Counted from the stretch's first letter, positions 20,734 to 42,537 are shown. The stretch is 64,000 nt of DNA from an uncultured bacterium (GCA_965368975.1 CBDUPA010000001.1:384001-448000), one strand, 5' to 3'. Translations and numbers: made by a program. Notes: generated by a model not told the origin, from the sequence alone.

Positions 20734-22128
20734 ATGCAGCCTTGTCGCCGATTCGTGCCGTTCTTCGCTCTACCACTAATCCTGGCTGGCTTGCTGTCGT
20801 GGCAGGCGCCGTCCCTGGCGCAAGAGCTGGAAGCATCCAGCCTGCCCACGGGTGTCCTGCTCACGGACGGCGGACCCGTCCTGGCGCCACGCAGCCTGCG
20901 GATGCCCAGTCTGAGCGCCCGCCACGTGCGGGTCGACGAGCAGGCTCTCCGCGCGGCGATCGAGACGGAAGCCGGATTGACCGTCGACCTGATGGTGATG
21001 GATCTTCCGCTACGCTTTGAGCGCTGGCACTCGCTGCGCAATCGCTCGGGCAGCATTTCTTGGATCGGACGAGATCCGGCGGATTCGCGCTCGCTGATGG
21101 TGCTGGTGCACCGGAGCGGCGTCACCGTTGGTTCGATCCGGGCTCATGGTGAGCTCTACATGCTGTACTACGCCGGTCGAGATCGTCACGGTCATCTGCA
21201 CACGCTCTACCGGGTCGACGAGAGCGATCCTCGGTTCCGCGAAGATCCGCCGACTGAGCCGACCTTCGAGTCGAAGCGCTGGCTGGCGGCGGAACGCCTC
21301 GCCCAGGCCAAGGCCGCCGGCGACGTGGCGCAGGACGATGGCTCGATCCAAGACCTGATGGTCGTCTACACGCCGGCTGCTCGGGACGAGGCTGGCGGCG
21401 TGGTGGCGATCGAGAACCTGATCGACCTCGGTGTCACCGAGACCAACCTGAGCTACGAGAACAGCGGCGTGAATCACCGCATCCGCCTCGTCTACAAGGG
21501 CCTGATCAACTATGACGAGTCGACACCGTCCGCGGTCGATCTACGAGATCGCCTCCAATTGACCGACGATGGTCACATGGACGAAGTGCACCCGCTGCGC
21601 GATCAGTACGCGGCGGACCTGGTCAAGCTGGTCTATGCCGGCGGTGGCTGTGGCCGTGCCTTCATCATGAGCGAGGTTTCCCTGGCGCACGCCGAGTTCG
21701 CGTTCGATCGCACAAACCACATCTGCATCTCCCCGACCTACTCCTTCCAGCACGAGCTTGGCCATGTGCAAGGTGGCCGCCATTCCTGGGTCGGCGACAC
21801 GACCATCGACATGCCCTATCCTTTCAACCATGGCTACCGCGACATTGCCAACGAGTTCCACACCATCATGGCCACCAACTGGCAGCAGGGCTGCCCGGAC
21901 TGCACGCGCTTGCTGTACTGGTCCAACCCGGACCTCAACGAGCCGGTGTCCGGGGCACCGCTGGGAATCGCAGACGGTCAGCCGCAGGCGGCGGACAATC
22001 GTATGACCTTGAACCTGACCGCCTGGACGGTTGCCAACTTCCGCGTCGATACCAGCGGGATTCTGAGCGACGACTTCGAAGCAGGCAACCTGGACAAGTG
22101 GTCGACGATCGAGCCGCCGCTGCCCTGA
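20734..22128 (+). CDS. Secreted reprolysin-like / peptidyl-Asp metallopeptidase (metzincin)
   Basis: DLMVVYT, LRDQYAADLV, HELGHVQGGRH, HTIMA and WSNP motifs; AAGGAG RBS. Confidence 0.9.
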   Translation: MQPCRRFVPFFALPLILAGLLSWQAPSLAQELEASSLPTGVLLTDGGPVLAPRSLRMPSLSARHVRVDEQALRAAIETEAGLTVDLMVMDLPLRFERWHSLRNRSGSISWIGRDPADSRSLMVLVHRSGVTVGSIRAHGELYMLYYAGRDRHGHLHTLYRVDESDPRFREDPPTEPTFESKRWLAAERLAQAKAAGDVAQDDGSIQDLMVVYTPAARDEAGGVVAIENLIDLGVTETNLSYENSGVNHRIRLVYKGLINYDESTPSAVDLRDRLQLTDDGHMDEVHPLRDQYAADLVKLVYAGGGCGRAFIMSEVSLAHAEFAFDRTNHICISPTYSFQHELGHVQGGRHSWVGDTTIDMPYPFNHGYRDIANEFHTIMATNWQQGCPDCTRLLYWSNPDLNEPVSGAPLGIADGQPQAADNRMTLNLTAWTVANFRVDTSGILSDDFEAGNLDKWSTIEPPLP

Positions 22129-22159
22129 CACGGCTCTCGATCATTGCCCGAGTCGACCT

Positions 22160-22245
22160 GGAACCTTGGGGCTTAGCTCAGGGGACTCATCACAAGTCGC
22201 TACGAGTCGATCCAAGACTCGGGTTAGACTGTGCCCCAAGGTTCC
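22160..22245. repeat. 86-bp element bounded by a perfect 13-bp inverted repeat, with an internal hairpin
   Basis: ggaaccttggggc (22160-22172) and gccccaaggttcc (22233-22245); internal cgagtc-N7-gactcg. Confidence 0.6.
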
Positions 22246-22251
22246 TGAAAC

Positions 22252-26745
<4,494 letters not shown>

Positions 26746-26852
26746 ACTCGACTGCCGCTCTCGGTGGTGATCGTGGCAGATCGAATCGATGCGCCAGTAA
26801 GGGCTGTAAGTGCTGTCTTTTTTTTGGTTTTGTGGCTCTCTGTGACGTGCAG

Positions 26853-26891
26853 GCAAAAGGTCGCGACCTGGGGGCAAAGGCGGTGATCTGG
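26853..26891 (+). promoter_or_regulatory. Candidate AraC-type direct-repeat site upstream of the toxin-like gene
   Basis: gcaaaaggtcgcgacctgg (26853) and gcaaaggcggtgatctgg (26874), 21 bp apart. Confidence 0.45.
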
Positions 26892-27011
26892 TTGCCGACT
26901 AATGTTCCCGGAAACCTGAGACACGCTGCTGAACAAACCGCTGCCCGTTCCAGTACAGGGCGTGCTTGGTGGTGTGTCGTTTCGCGAACCGACCTACAAA
27001 GGAGCCTCGTC

Positions 27012-28202
27012 ATGTCCGTCTCTCACCGCTTTCTGATCACAGTTGTTGTGTTGCTCGTCTCCTTTCCCGTCGCTGTGGCTGCGACGTCTGATCCGTTCCA
27101 AGATCTGCCCTTTGCAAGGGAGTTTGCCTATGAGATTCACCTTGTCGACAGGGCGAACCACAGCACCGAGCAGGTTCTATCTCCCTCAGGCGATAGCTTC
27201 TTCGGCTGGGGCAGTGCTCCCGGCAACTTTGCCTTCCTGCCGGCCTATGGCAACAAGTTCTTCATCTTCGAGATCGGTAGCGGCAAGACGCTGATGCGGG
27301 GCTTCATCCCGGGAACGGAGAGTCTGTTGTTTGGACACACGGAGGTTGATCTCAATTTTCTTGAGTACTATCTCTTCGAAGTCGAGCCGGCAGGCATTAC
27401 TTGGGCCATCAAGCACGGCGATGACTACTTGCAGATGGCGACTGACGAAGGTAGAGCGATCTTCGGCAGCTGGCACAAGAATACTGTGGCCCACATCTTC
27501 TTCGCGGGAGGGCAGAAACTCACCTTGCCGAGCCAGCCCGTAGTCGCGAATCCCTGCCCTAGCCCGCTCAACTCGTATCACCGGCCAACGGACACTACGG
27601 AGCCGGTGGTCATCGACTCGACGCTCGTACCGTTTCAACTGGTGCACGACCCTAGAGCGCTGGATGGCACGGCGTACGGCGTGAACGGCGAGTTCGCTCT
27701 GCAGCCGTACTACCTTGTCGAGCGGCTGACGCACTTCGTTCTACCGCCAGGTCCTGATTATTTCAAGGCGAACTACAATTCGCCCACGCCCCTAGAGCAT
27801 GCGGTTTCCACTTCGATCGGCGTCACGAAATCGCAGTCCCACAGTATGACGCAGACGATGGGCGTTTCCTTGACCTACGGTATCGAGGTCTCTGACGAGA
27901 TTCTCGGTATGGGCGCCAAGGAGAGCCTCTCTTTCCAGCTGTCCTATCAGTTGTCCATGACGACTTCCTCGAGCGTGAGCTATTCGAAGCAGACCACGGT
28001 CACAGACACCTACCACATTCCCGCCCATACCACGGCGGCGTTCTTCATCGCCCAGGACTACATCCGAATCTACGGCCCGAATCGGCGTCAGATCGGTGGC
28101 GACATCGGGCCGCTCAACGCCGGGGACATCGTGCCGGACTTCTATCCGAAGGACCCGAAGGCCCCCAAGTGCACGGCGACCATCGACGATCGCGGAAACT
28201 GA
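27012..28202 (+). CDS. Secreted Bin/Cry35/Tpp-like (Toxin_10, aerolysin-type beta pore-forming) protein
   Basis: AAAGGAG RBS and signal peptide; TTEPVVIDSTLVPFQLVHDP...PYYLVER followed by a Ser/Thr-rich alternating beta region. Confidence 0.7.
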   Translation: MSVSHRFLITVVVLLVSFPVAVAATSDPFQDLPFAREFAYEIHLVDRANHSTEQVLSPSGDSFFGWGSAPGNFAFLPAYGNKFFIFEIGSGKTLMRGFIPGTESLLFGHTEVDLNFLEYYLFEVEPAGITWAIKHGDDYLQMATDEGRAIFGSWHKNTVAHIFFAGGQKLTLPSQPVVANPCPSPLNSYHRPTDTTEPVVIDSTLVPFQLVHDPRALDGTAYGVNGEFALQPYYLVERLTHFVLPPGPDYFKANYNSPTPLEHAVSTSIGVTKSQSHSMTQTMGVSLTYGIEVSDEILGMGAKESLSFQLSYQLSMTTSSSVSYSKQTTVTDTYHIPAHTTAAFFIAQDYIRIYGPNRRQIGGDIGPLNAGDIVPDFYPKDPKAPKCTATIDDRGN

Positions 28203-28232
28203 AATCGACTCCTTCGCGTTTCTGATCCGTAC

Positions 28233-28262
28233 CGCCGGCCATGCCCTTCCGCGTGGCCGGCG
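28233..28262. terminator. Hairpin between convergent genes
   Basis: cgccggcca-N12-tggccggcg. Confidence 0.4.
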
Positions 28263-28279
28263 CCTCGTTCGACTCTGTC

Positions 28280-28402
28280 TCAAGCTGCCGCGTCGTCCAG
28301 CAGCTCCAGCAACACCGCCACCGTGTCCGCGATGTGAGGCCCGCTGCCAGGCAGCCGGTGCAGCAGGTCGAGGCCGTAGAAGGCGGTGATCAGGGCGCGG
28401 CC
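28280..28402 (-). pseudogene. Displaced duplicate of the TetR 3' end
   Basis: Encodes GRALITAFYGLDLLHRLPGSGPHIADTVAVLLELLDDAAA*; direct repeat of 28985-29100. Confidence 0.8.
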
Positions 28403-28457
28403 TGGGCGCCCGGAGAGAGTGTGCTCACGATCGAGTACAATAGCTCCAGGAGCGACC

Positions 28458-28754
28458 GTGAAGTACGTTTTCGAATGGGACCCGGCCAAAGATGACCTCA
28501 ACCGCTCCAAGCACGGTGTAGGGTTTCGCCAAGCGATGAGCGTCTTCAATGACGCCCACGCCTTGACGGTCTACGACGCTGATCACAGCACCGACGAAGA
28601 CAGATGGATCACGCTCGGGCAGACAGATTTCGGTTTGCTGCTCGTGCTGGCTCACACCTTCCGAGAAGCCAGTTCCCGCAAGGCGCTGATCCGAATCATC
28701 TCCGCGCGCCGAGCTACCCGCCGTGAACGGCGGCAATACGAAGAGAGATCATGA
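28458..28754 (+). CDS. brnT: BrnT family toxin (type II toxin-antitoxin)
   Basis: FEWDPAK...KHGVGF, HSTDEDRWITLG and IRIISARRAT.RERRQY motifs. Confidence 0.92.
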   Translation: MKYVFEWDPAKDDLNRSKHGVGFRQAMSVFNDAHALTVYDADHSTDEDRWITLGQTDFGLLLVLAHTFREASSRKALIRIISARRATRRERRQYEERS

Positions 28755-28951
28755 GAGACGAGTACGACTTCTCAGCTGCCGAACGTGGCAAGTTCTACCG
28801 TGCGGACGCGGAGTTCGTGAGTCCGGTGTACCTGGATAGCGACGTGCTCAGCTATCTGAGTGCGCGGGCCGAGGCGAAAGGCGTTGAGGTCGATGACTTG
28901 GTCAACGACCTGCTGCGGCAGGACATCGCCCTTGCCGAAGCCATCAAGTAG
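28751..28951 (+). CDS. BrnA/CopG-like antitoxin
   Basis: MRDEYDFS...RGKFY...VYLDSDV...VNDLLR; ATGA overlap with brnT. Confidence 0.85.
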   Translation: MRDEYDFSAAERGKFYRADAEFVSPVYLDSDVLSYLSARAEAKGVEVDDLVNDLLRQDIALAEAIK

Positions 28952-28977
28952 TTTGGCCGGGGCCGCCCTCCGCTCTT

Positions 28978-29320
28978 CTAGACAGCCGCGTCGTCCAGCC
29001 ATTCTAGTAACACCGCCACCGTATCCGCGATCCGGGGTCCGCTGCCGGGCAAGCGGTGCAGCAGGTCGAGGCCGTAGAAGGCGGTGATCAGGGCGCGGCC
29101 CAGGCGGTTGGGCTTGACGTCGGGCCGGATCTCGCCCAACTCCTGGGCGCGCTGCAGGGCGCCGACGAAACCCGCTTCCAGCGCCGCCACCTGCCGCTCG
29201 GCGATCGCCAGCACTTCCGGGTCGTCGCGGCTCTCTACCATGGCGGTGACGGACAGGCAACCGCAGCTGGCGCACTCCACCGCCTTGGCGGCGGCGCCGC
29301 GGATCAGGGTACGTAGATTT
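28978..29320 (-). pseudogene. TetR/NemR-family regulator, C-terminal domain only (HTH missing)
   Basis: GCLSV...LQRAQELGEIRPD...ALITAFYGL C-domain; no HTH or room for one before nemA. Confidence 0.7.
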
Positions 29321-29398
29321 GTCCAGCGGAGTCTAGAATGCGGCGCATGGAGAGACGATCCAGCCAGGACGATCAAGGACACCTGGCTTTGCCAAATC

Positions 29399-29414
29399 TA
29401 GAAAGGACGTTCTA
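29399..29414. promoter_or_regulatory. NemR-like TetR operator palindrome
   Basis: TAGAA-AGGACG-TTCTA directly before the nemA ATG; resembles the NemR box TAGACC-N4-GGTCTA. Confidence 0.6.
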
Positions 29415-30560
29415 ATGTCGACCCCAACCGCGAACACCCCAACCGCGAACACCTCAGTCGCCAACAACCAAGATGCCGCCCTGCTCAGCCCCTTTCAACT
29501 GGGTGACCTCGACCTCGCCAACCGGGTCGTGCTGGCGCCGCTGACGCGCGCCCGTGCCGGTTCCAGTCGTGTCCCCAACGACCTGATGGCCGAGTACTAC
29601 GCCCAGCGCGCCGGTGCCGGCTTGCTGATCTCGGAGGCGACAGCTGTCTCCGAGCAGGGCTACGGCTGGGTCGAAGCGCCGGGCGTCTACACCGATGAGC
29701 AGGCAGAGGGCTGGAAGACCGTGGTCGAAGCGGTGCACGCCAAGGGTGGCAAGATCTTCCTGCAGCTCTGGCATATGGGCCGTGCGTCGCACAGTAGTTT
29801 CCATGGTGGCGAGCTGCCGGTGGCACCGTCGCCGATCAAGATCGAAGGCGAGGGTGTCCATACCCCGAGTGGCAAGCAGCCGCACGAGGTGCCGCGGGCT
29901 TTGGAGACCGAGGAGCTACCTGGAGTCGTGGCCGACTACGTGGCTGCTGCCCGTCGCGCCAAGGCGGCCGGTTTCGACGGTGTCGAGATTCACGCCGCCA
30001 ACGGCTACCTACTCGACCAGTTCTTGCAGTCCAAGACCAACCAGCGCACGGACGCGTACGGCGGCAGCGTCGAGAACCGATTCCGGCTGCTGCGCGAGAT
30101 CGTCGAGGGCGTCTCAGAGGTCTTGGGAGCCGGAAGAGTCGGCGTTCGACTGGCGCCCAACGGCGCCTTCAACGACATGGGTTCGCCCGACTTCCGCGAG
30201 ACCTTCCTCTACGTCGCCGAGCAACTCGACGCCTACGACCTGGCCTACCTGCACGTCATGGACGGCCTCGCCTTCGGCTTCCACGAACAGGGCGAGCCGC
30301 TGACCCTCGCCGAGCTGCGCAAGGTCTTCCACGGCCCGCTGATGGGCAACTGCGGCTACGACCAGGACAGCGCCGAAGCCGCCATCGCCAACGGCGACAC
30401 CGACCTGATCGCCTTCGGTCGTCCCTTCCTGGCCAACCCGGACCTGGTCGACCGCTTCCGCAACGGCTGGCCGCTGGCGCCGGTGCCGGATACCTCCACC
30501 TGGTACTTCGGCGGCGGTGGCGAAGGCTACACGGACCATCCGAACTACCAGGAGCAGTAG
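29415..30560 (+). CDS. nemA: Alkene reductase (Old Yellow Enzyme, NemA/XenB-like)
   Basis: APLTRAR, QLWHMGR, GFDGVEIHAANGYLLDQFL, RTDAYGGS and FGRPFLANPDL motifs. Confidence 0.93.
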   Translation: MSTPTANTPTANTSVANNQDAALLSPFQLGDLDLANRVVLAPLTRARAGSSRVPNDLMAEYYAQRAGAGLLISEATAVSEQGYGWVEAPGVYTDEQAEGWKTVVEAVHAKGGKIFLQLWHMGRASHSSFHGGELPVAPSPIKIEGEGVHTPSGKQPHEVPRALETEELPGVVADYVAAARRAKAAGFDGVEIHAANGYLLDQFLQSKTNQRTDAYGGSVENRFRLLREIVEGVSEVLGAGRVGVRLAPNGAFNDMGSPDFRETFLYVAEQLDAYDLAYLHVMDGLAFGFHEQGEPLTLAELRKVFHGPLMGNCGYDQDSAEAAIANGDTDLIAFGRPFLANPDLVDRFRNGWPLAPVPDTSTWYFGGGGEGYTDHPNYQEQ

Positions 30561-30590
30561 GACGGCGCCGCGGCTTGAACTGCTGGCTCG

Positions 30591-31304
30591 TCAATCGACC
30601 TCGAGTCGCCAGGTGGGTGCGGGCCCAGCGCTCTCGGATAGGCCTTCCTCGGATTGGCCTTCTTCAGACGGAGCGCTCGTGGGTGGGTGGAAGACCGTCT
30701 GGAATTGCCCCTCATCGTCCCGAATCATTTCTAGCTGCAGGTGCAGCTTCCACGATCCTCGGCCGAACCGGTCCTTGTCGAGTTGCACTTCCCGGCCTTC
30801 AGAGTACGCCCAGGTACGCTGGAGCTCACCTTCCTCATCCTGTCGGTACGCTGTTGTCGCGGCGTTGGCAAACCAACCGTGGGTCGTGCCCCAGATCGGG
30901 CTGGCTGCATCCTGCGGCGCCTCGTCAGGGAAGTCGGCACGCCACTCGCCCAGCTGTGCTGAAACGTGCAGGTTGACCGCGTCCTCCAGGCCCGGTGCTT
31001 CGATGCGCAGGTCGATGGTGCCCATGCTCTCCTCTGGCAGCGCCAGGCACAGCCACACATAGGCAGCGTCTTGGAACGTCCAGAGCGTGACATCGTGCGG
31101 CAGCTCTGTGGACTGGGCACTCAGGTCGGCGTATTCGTCACAGCGACCGTCGAACAAGGGGTACCCTTGCTGGATGGTGACCTGCAGATCCGGATCATCC
31201 GGTGCCTTGGGTGCTTGGCAGCCGATAGCAGTTACCAAGCTGCCGACGAGGAGCCATGAGGAAGCAAAGACGAGAGCGGTTCGGCGACTAGGATCCAGGG
31301 GCAT
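30591..31304 (-). CDS. Hypothetical lipoprotein (DOMON/CBM9-like start possible)
   Basis: Lipobox AIGC; PLFDGRCDEY motif. Confidence 0.6.
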   Translation of the reverse strand: MPLDPSRRTALVFASSWLLVGSLVTAIGCQAPKAPDDPDLQVTIQQGYPLFDGRCDEYADLSAQSTELPHDVTLWTFQDAAYVWLCLALPEESMGTIDLRIEAPGLEDAVNLHVSAQLGEWRADFPDEAPQDAASPIWGTTHGWFANAATTAYRQDEEGELQRTWAYSEGREVQLDKDRFGRGSWKLHLQLEMIRDDEGQFQTVFHPPTSAPSEEGQSEEGLSESAGPAPTWRLEVD

Positions 31305-32003
31305 GATGTTCCTCACTAGTTGACACGATGGATGTTGGACTAGCTCCTAGTACGCATGGCACCTGAAGATGGTTTGGAGTCTTGTGCGAAGAACCAGAGT
31401 GTGCCGGGATCCAGATCCTGACTGCGGGCGAGTGACCGCGACTGAACGCAGTGTCAGCCGTCCCAAGGGTTGATCAGGCTGAGCCCCATATCTTGAGAGT
31501 GGCGCGTGTTGCGACTGGCGAGGGCTGCTGCCCGTCTGGCCGAGCAGATGCGGCGCTGCACGGCTCGTCGGTGTGTTGATCGGTGCACTAGAATTGACAG
31601 ATGGACCTGACCTCGATTTTCACCAAGGTATTGGACGGTGATACGCAGAGTATCTTTCTGCTCGTTAGTGCCTATGCCTTCGCCGTCTGCCTCTACTCAT
31701 TCGTCTATCAGCGTCGTGTCAGTTCCTGGCCCAGCGTGCGCGGACGCCTTCTGCGATCGGAAGTCGCGAAGTCGGGTGGTACCGAGTGGGCAAGGTCGGA
31801 CCAGGAGTACGTGGCGGACGCGCTCTACGAGTACGAGGTCGATGGCGAGGCACACAGGGGGCGGCGAATTTCAGCCTGGGTTGTCGTGGCTTCACACAAC
31901 CTGCGGAGTGTTCTCGAAGCCCAGCTGAAAGAGATCACCCAGTATGACGACGGGAGCGTCGCGGTCTTCTACAACCCGAAGAAGCCTGCCAAGAGCTTGC
32001 TCG

Positions 32004-39857
<7,854 letters not shown>

Positions 39858-40079
39858 TTCCTGCTCCCCGGAGAACTTTGGTCACCATCAAAAACAAGGC
39901 CTGCAAGAGGCCGATCAGGGGAAGCAGTCTACCGCGCTTTGGTTTGCCCTCTCCGCGAGCGCTTCGCTCAGACACTCTTGTTCCGCAGGATCTCCGAGAT
40001 GAGACGATCAGGTGTAACTTTCAGCGGCTGTCCAGCGTCGTACCGGTTGATGGGTTCAACACGCTCCCGGAGGGTTTCG

Positions 40080-41183
40080 ATGCGATCTGTACTGCTTGTC
40101 CTCAGTGTCACACTGCTCCCGGTCGTTGGTGCGATGCCGGCCCTGGCCAGCGAAGCCGACCTCGACTGGCAGGTCATTCCGTCTGAGTTGTGTCGTGGCC
40201 TGTGGATGGTCGAGCTGAGCAAGCAGGGGGAGCCTGATGCCTCCCTGCGTATGATTCTGGACACCGGAGCCTCGGTCACGGCTGTTGACCCAGACGCTAT
40301 TGAGCGCGTTTTTGGGCGCCGGGTTCGAGCCGGACGCAGGGCCCGTCTACGCAATCTCGAACTCGGGCCGTTGAAGGTTCGGCGCATTCGGGTGGAGAGT
40401 CATGAAATGGACCATTTGGCTCGAGCTCTCGGAACCGAGATGGATGGCATCCTGGGCTTTCCCGTCTTCGAGGACCTGCTGCTAGCTCTCGACTATCCAG
40501 AGGCACAGATCCGTGTCGCTGAAGGAGCGTTACCGCCGCTCGACGAGACCCGCGTCTTCAGGGACTACGGCAAGGTTCGACCCTACTTGGTTCTCGAACT
40601 GCAAGGAGAGCGGGTTCCGGTGCTGATCGATTCAGGTTCCGCGGGCGGTTTACAGTTGCAGCCCTCGGACCCGGTGAGCTGGCAGGTCGAGCCCCGCCCG
40701 TTGTCCGCGGCCGTCCGATACAGCGAGATCCGGGTCGAAGAGACGGGGCGATCAGCGGAGACCTACGATTTCGGGCCACTCGACGTCGAGCAGCCGGTGA
40801 TCGACCTGGCGGACGGCACGCGTCTGGCGGGCTTCAGGGTCCTGCGTCGGTTCGAGTGGGTCTTCGATACGCGCAGCCGGCGCATCCGCATGACACCGGA
40901 CCACGAGGGAGCGATCGAGTCGCCACCCTTCCTCGGTCTCGGCGCGGCGTGGAACCCCAAGGCAGAGGGCCTGCACGTCGTGCGGGTCTTCCCGAACACG
41001 CCTGCGGCCCACGCAGGTCTGCGGCAGGGCGACGTGGTGACCGCAGTCGATGGGCAGTCGATCTATGCTCGATCTTGCTGGTCGTTTCGGACGCTACCGG
41101 TGGGCACCGAGGTGACGCTGTCGGTCCGGCGTGGGGAAGAATTGCTGGCGCTGAAGGCAGAGGTCGAGATCCTGGTGCCTTGA
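40080..41183 (+). CDS. Secreted retropepsin-like aspartyl protease (two domains) plus PDZ
   Basis: LDTGAS, DGILG and IDSGS motifs; C-terminal VFPNTPAAHAGLRQGDVV PDZ. Confidence 0.88.
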   Translation: MRSVLLVLSVTLLPVVGAMPALASEADLDWQVIPSELCRGLWMVELSKQGEPDASLRMILDTGASVTAVDPDAIERVFGRRVRAGRRARLRNLELGPLKVRRIRVESHEMDHLARALGTEMDGILGFPVFEDLLLALDYPEAQIRVAEGALPPLDETRVFRDYGKVRPYLVLELQGERVPVLIDSGSAGGLQLQPSDPVSWQVEPRPLSAAVRYSEIRVEETGRSAETYDFGPLDVEQPVIDLADGTRLAGFRVLRRFEWVFDTRSRRIRMTPDHEGAIESPPFLGLGAAWNPKAEGLHVVRVFPNTPAAHAGLRQGDVVTAVDGQSIYARSCWSFRTLPVGTEVTLSVRRGEELLALKAEVEILVP

Positions 41184-41194
41184 GGCTGGCTACA

Positions 41195-41551
41195 TCACTC
41201 CGGGAGCTGCGACTGGAACGACATCTGCAGGCCGGATGGAGCCTGGAGGAAGTAAATTCTCTCGCCGTGGGCGTCGGTGGGACCCTGGGGCTCGAGGCCG
41301 TTGCTCCTGGCGTACTCCGCGAAGGCATCGGCGTCGTCGACCACAACCTGCAGCATGATGCCTTCCGGCATGCCTGGTCCGGCCGACCAGATCTCGACCC
41401 AGCTGTTTCCGGTGGGGAAGACGGCCCCTTGGAACCCGGCGTCTTCTGGTACGCCCATGTCTCGCTGGGGCAAGCCAACCTTGGCGAGAAAGGCTGCCAG
41501 GTCTTCGGCTTCCGGGGTTACCGAGCAGAATCTGATTCCGAGTACTTGCAT
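41195..41551 (-). CDS. VOC/glyoxalase family protein
   Basis: VDDADAF...GPTDAHGERIYFLQAPSG pattern. Confidence 0.75.
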   Translation of the reverse strand: MQVLGIRFCSVTPEAEDLAAFLAKVGLPQRDMGVPEDAGFQGAVFPTGNSWVEIWSAGPGMPEGIMLQVVVDDADAFAEYARSNGLEPQGPTDAHGERIYFLQAPSGLQMSFQSQLPE

Positions 41552-41607
41552 TCGAATTCTCCGGGGTGTTGTTTCGGTTGGTGTCGAGGCTCTATTACCC
41601 GTCCGAA

Positions 41608-42096
41608 TTACCCGTCCGACTTCTCGTTGTGGCACACGAGGTCGATCACGACACAGGTAGCCAGGATGGCGACATCGTCTTCGCCGTCGACGATGTCGAT
41701 GCCGTAGGTGTCGCTCCAGGAGAAGTAGCGCTTCGAGACGTTGGCCACGCTACGGCCACCCCGTTGGAATTCGTATTCGTGCTCCCAGAACGACCCCTCG
41801 ATGGTGTAGTCATTGGGGCCTGGAACGTCCAGCGTGAAGCGGCTCTTGAACCACGAGAACTTCTTGACGACTTCCGCGAAGTGGTTGCCGTCGCGAGAGA
41901 TCTCGTAGCGCGGTCGCCAGGACAAGAGTTTCTGGGAGATATACGCAAGCTCGCGTCCGTGGAGGTCCTGGAAACTGAGCTTGTCGCCCCACGAGAAGAC
42001 CTTGCCCTGCACAAGGTAAACGTCGCGTTGCTGAGCGTCCTTGATGTGGAAGTTGTCGCCCCAGGACCAGAACTTCTGCTTCATGAGGTACTGCAT
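41608..42096 (-). CDS. LURP-one/scramblase (Tubby C 2) family protein
   Basis: YLMKQKFWSWGDNFHIKD...VSKRYFSWSDTYGIDI. Confidence 0.9.
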   Translation of the reverse strand: MQYLMKQKFWSWGDNFHIKDAQQRDVYLVQGKVFSWGDKLSFQDLHGRELAYISQKLLSWRPRYEISRDGNHFAEVVKKFSWFKSRFTLDVPGPNDYTIEGSFWEHEYEFQRGGRSVANVSKRYFSWSDTYGIDIVDGEDDVAILATCVVIDLVCHNEKSDG

Positions 42097-42339
42097 GGTG
42101 TGGCTCCTTGGTCGGTCGTATGGGTAGGCGTTGCTGATCCCCGGAGGTTGCCGATCCCCGAAGAGAGTCTCGGGCGCGGCGCCAGCACGGCCGGCCGGTA
42201 CCGGGGCGGTGGCTGCTGGACCCACCCGTTCGTGTGTCGATCGCCGCGCCGGGATTCTCCATACTAGTAGCAGGAGCAGCAGTGCATACCGAAACTGGTT
42301 TGCTGCGCCATCAACGTCTGGAAGATAAGGAGCAGGATC

Positions 42340-42537
42340 ATGTCGAACACCAACAACAGCTCCGTCGGTCCCTCCGACATTACCGACGACACCGCCAAAC
42401 TCGACCGCGAGCTGACTCCCGAAGAGGAAGATGCGATCAAAGATCAGGTACTCGACGCGGTGGAAGAGTTCGGCAACGTGGTGGTGCAGCAGCACGCACC
42501 GCCGGGAACGCCAAAGGTGAAGCGACAGCGGCGGTGA
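42340..42537 (+). CDS. Small hypothetical protein (acidic core, basic tail)
   Basis: 65 aa; AAGGAG upstream; coding-like codon use. Confidence 0.55.
   Translation: MSNTNNSSVGPSDITDDTAKLDRELTPEEEDAIKDQVLDAVEEFGNVVVQQHAPPGTPKVKRQRR

Noticed and set aside
26819-26831. T-run after the hybrid two-component gene as a terminator or phase-variable tract
   Set aside because: No convincing stem directly precedes it. It may be an UP-like element, but that is unsupported.
31320-31600. Intergenic region examined for an ncRNA or riboswitch
   Set aside because: Only a weak hairpin and no recognisable family motif.
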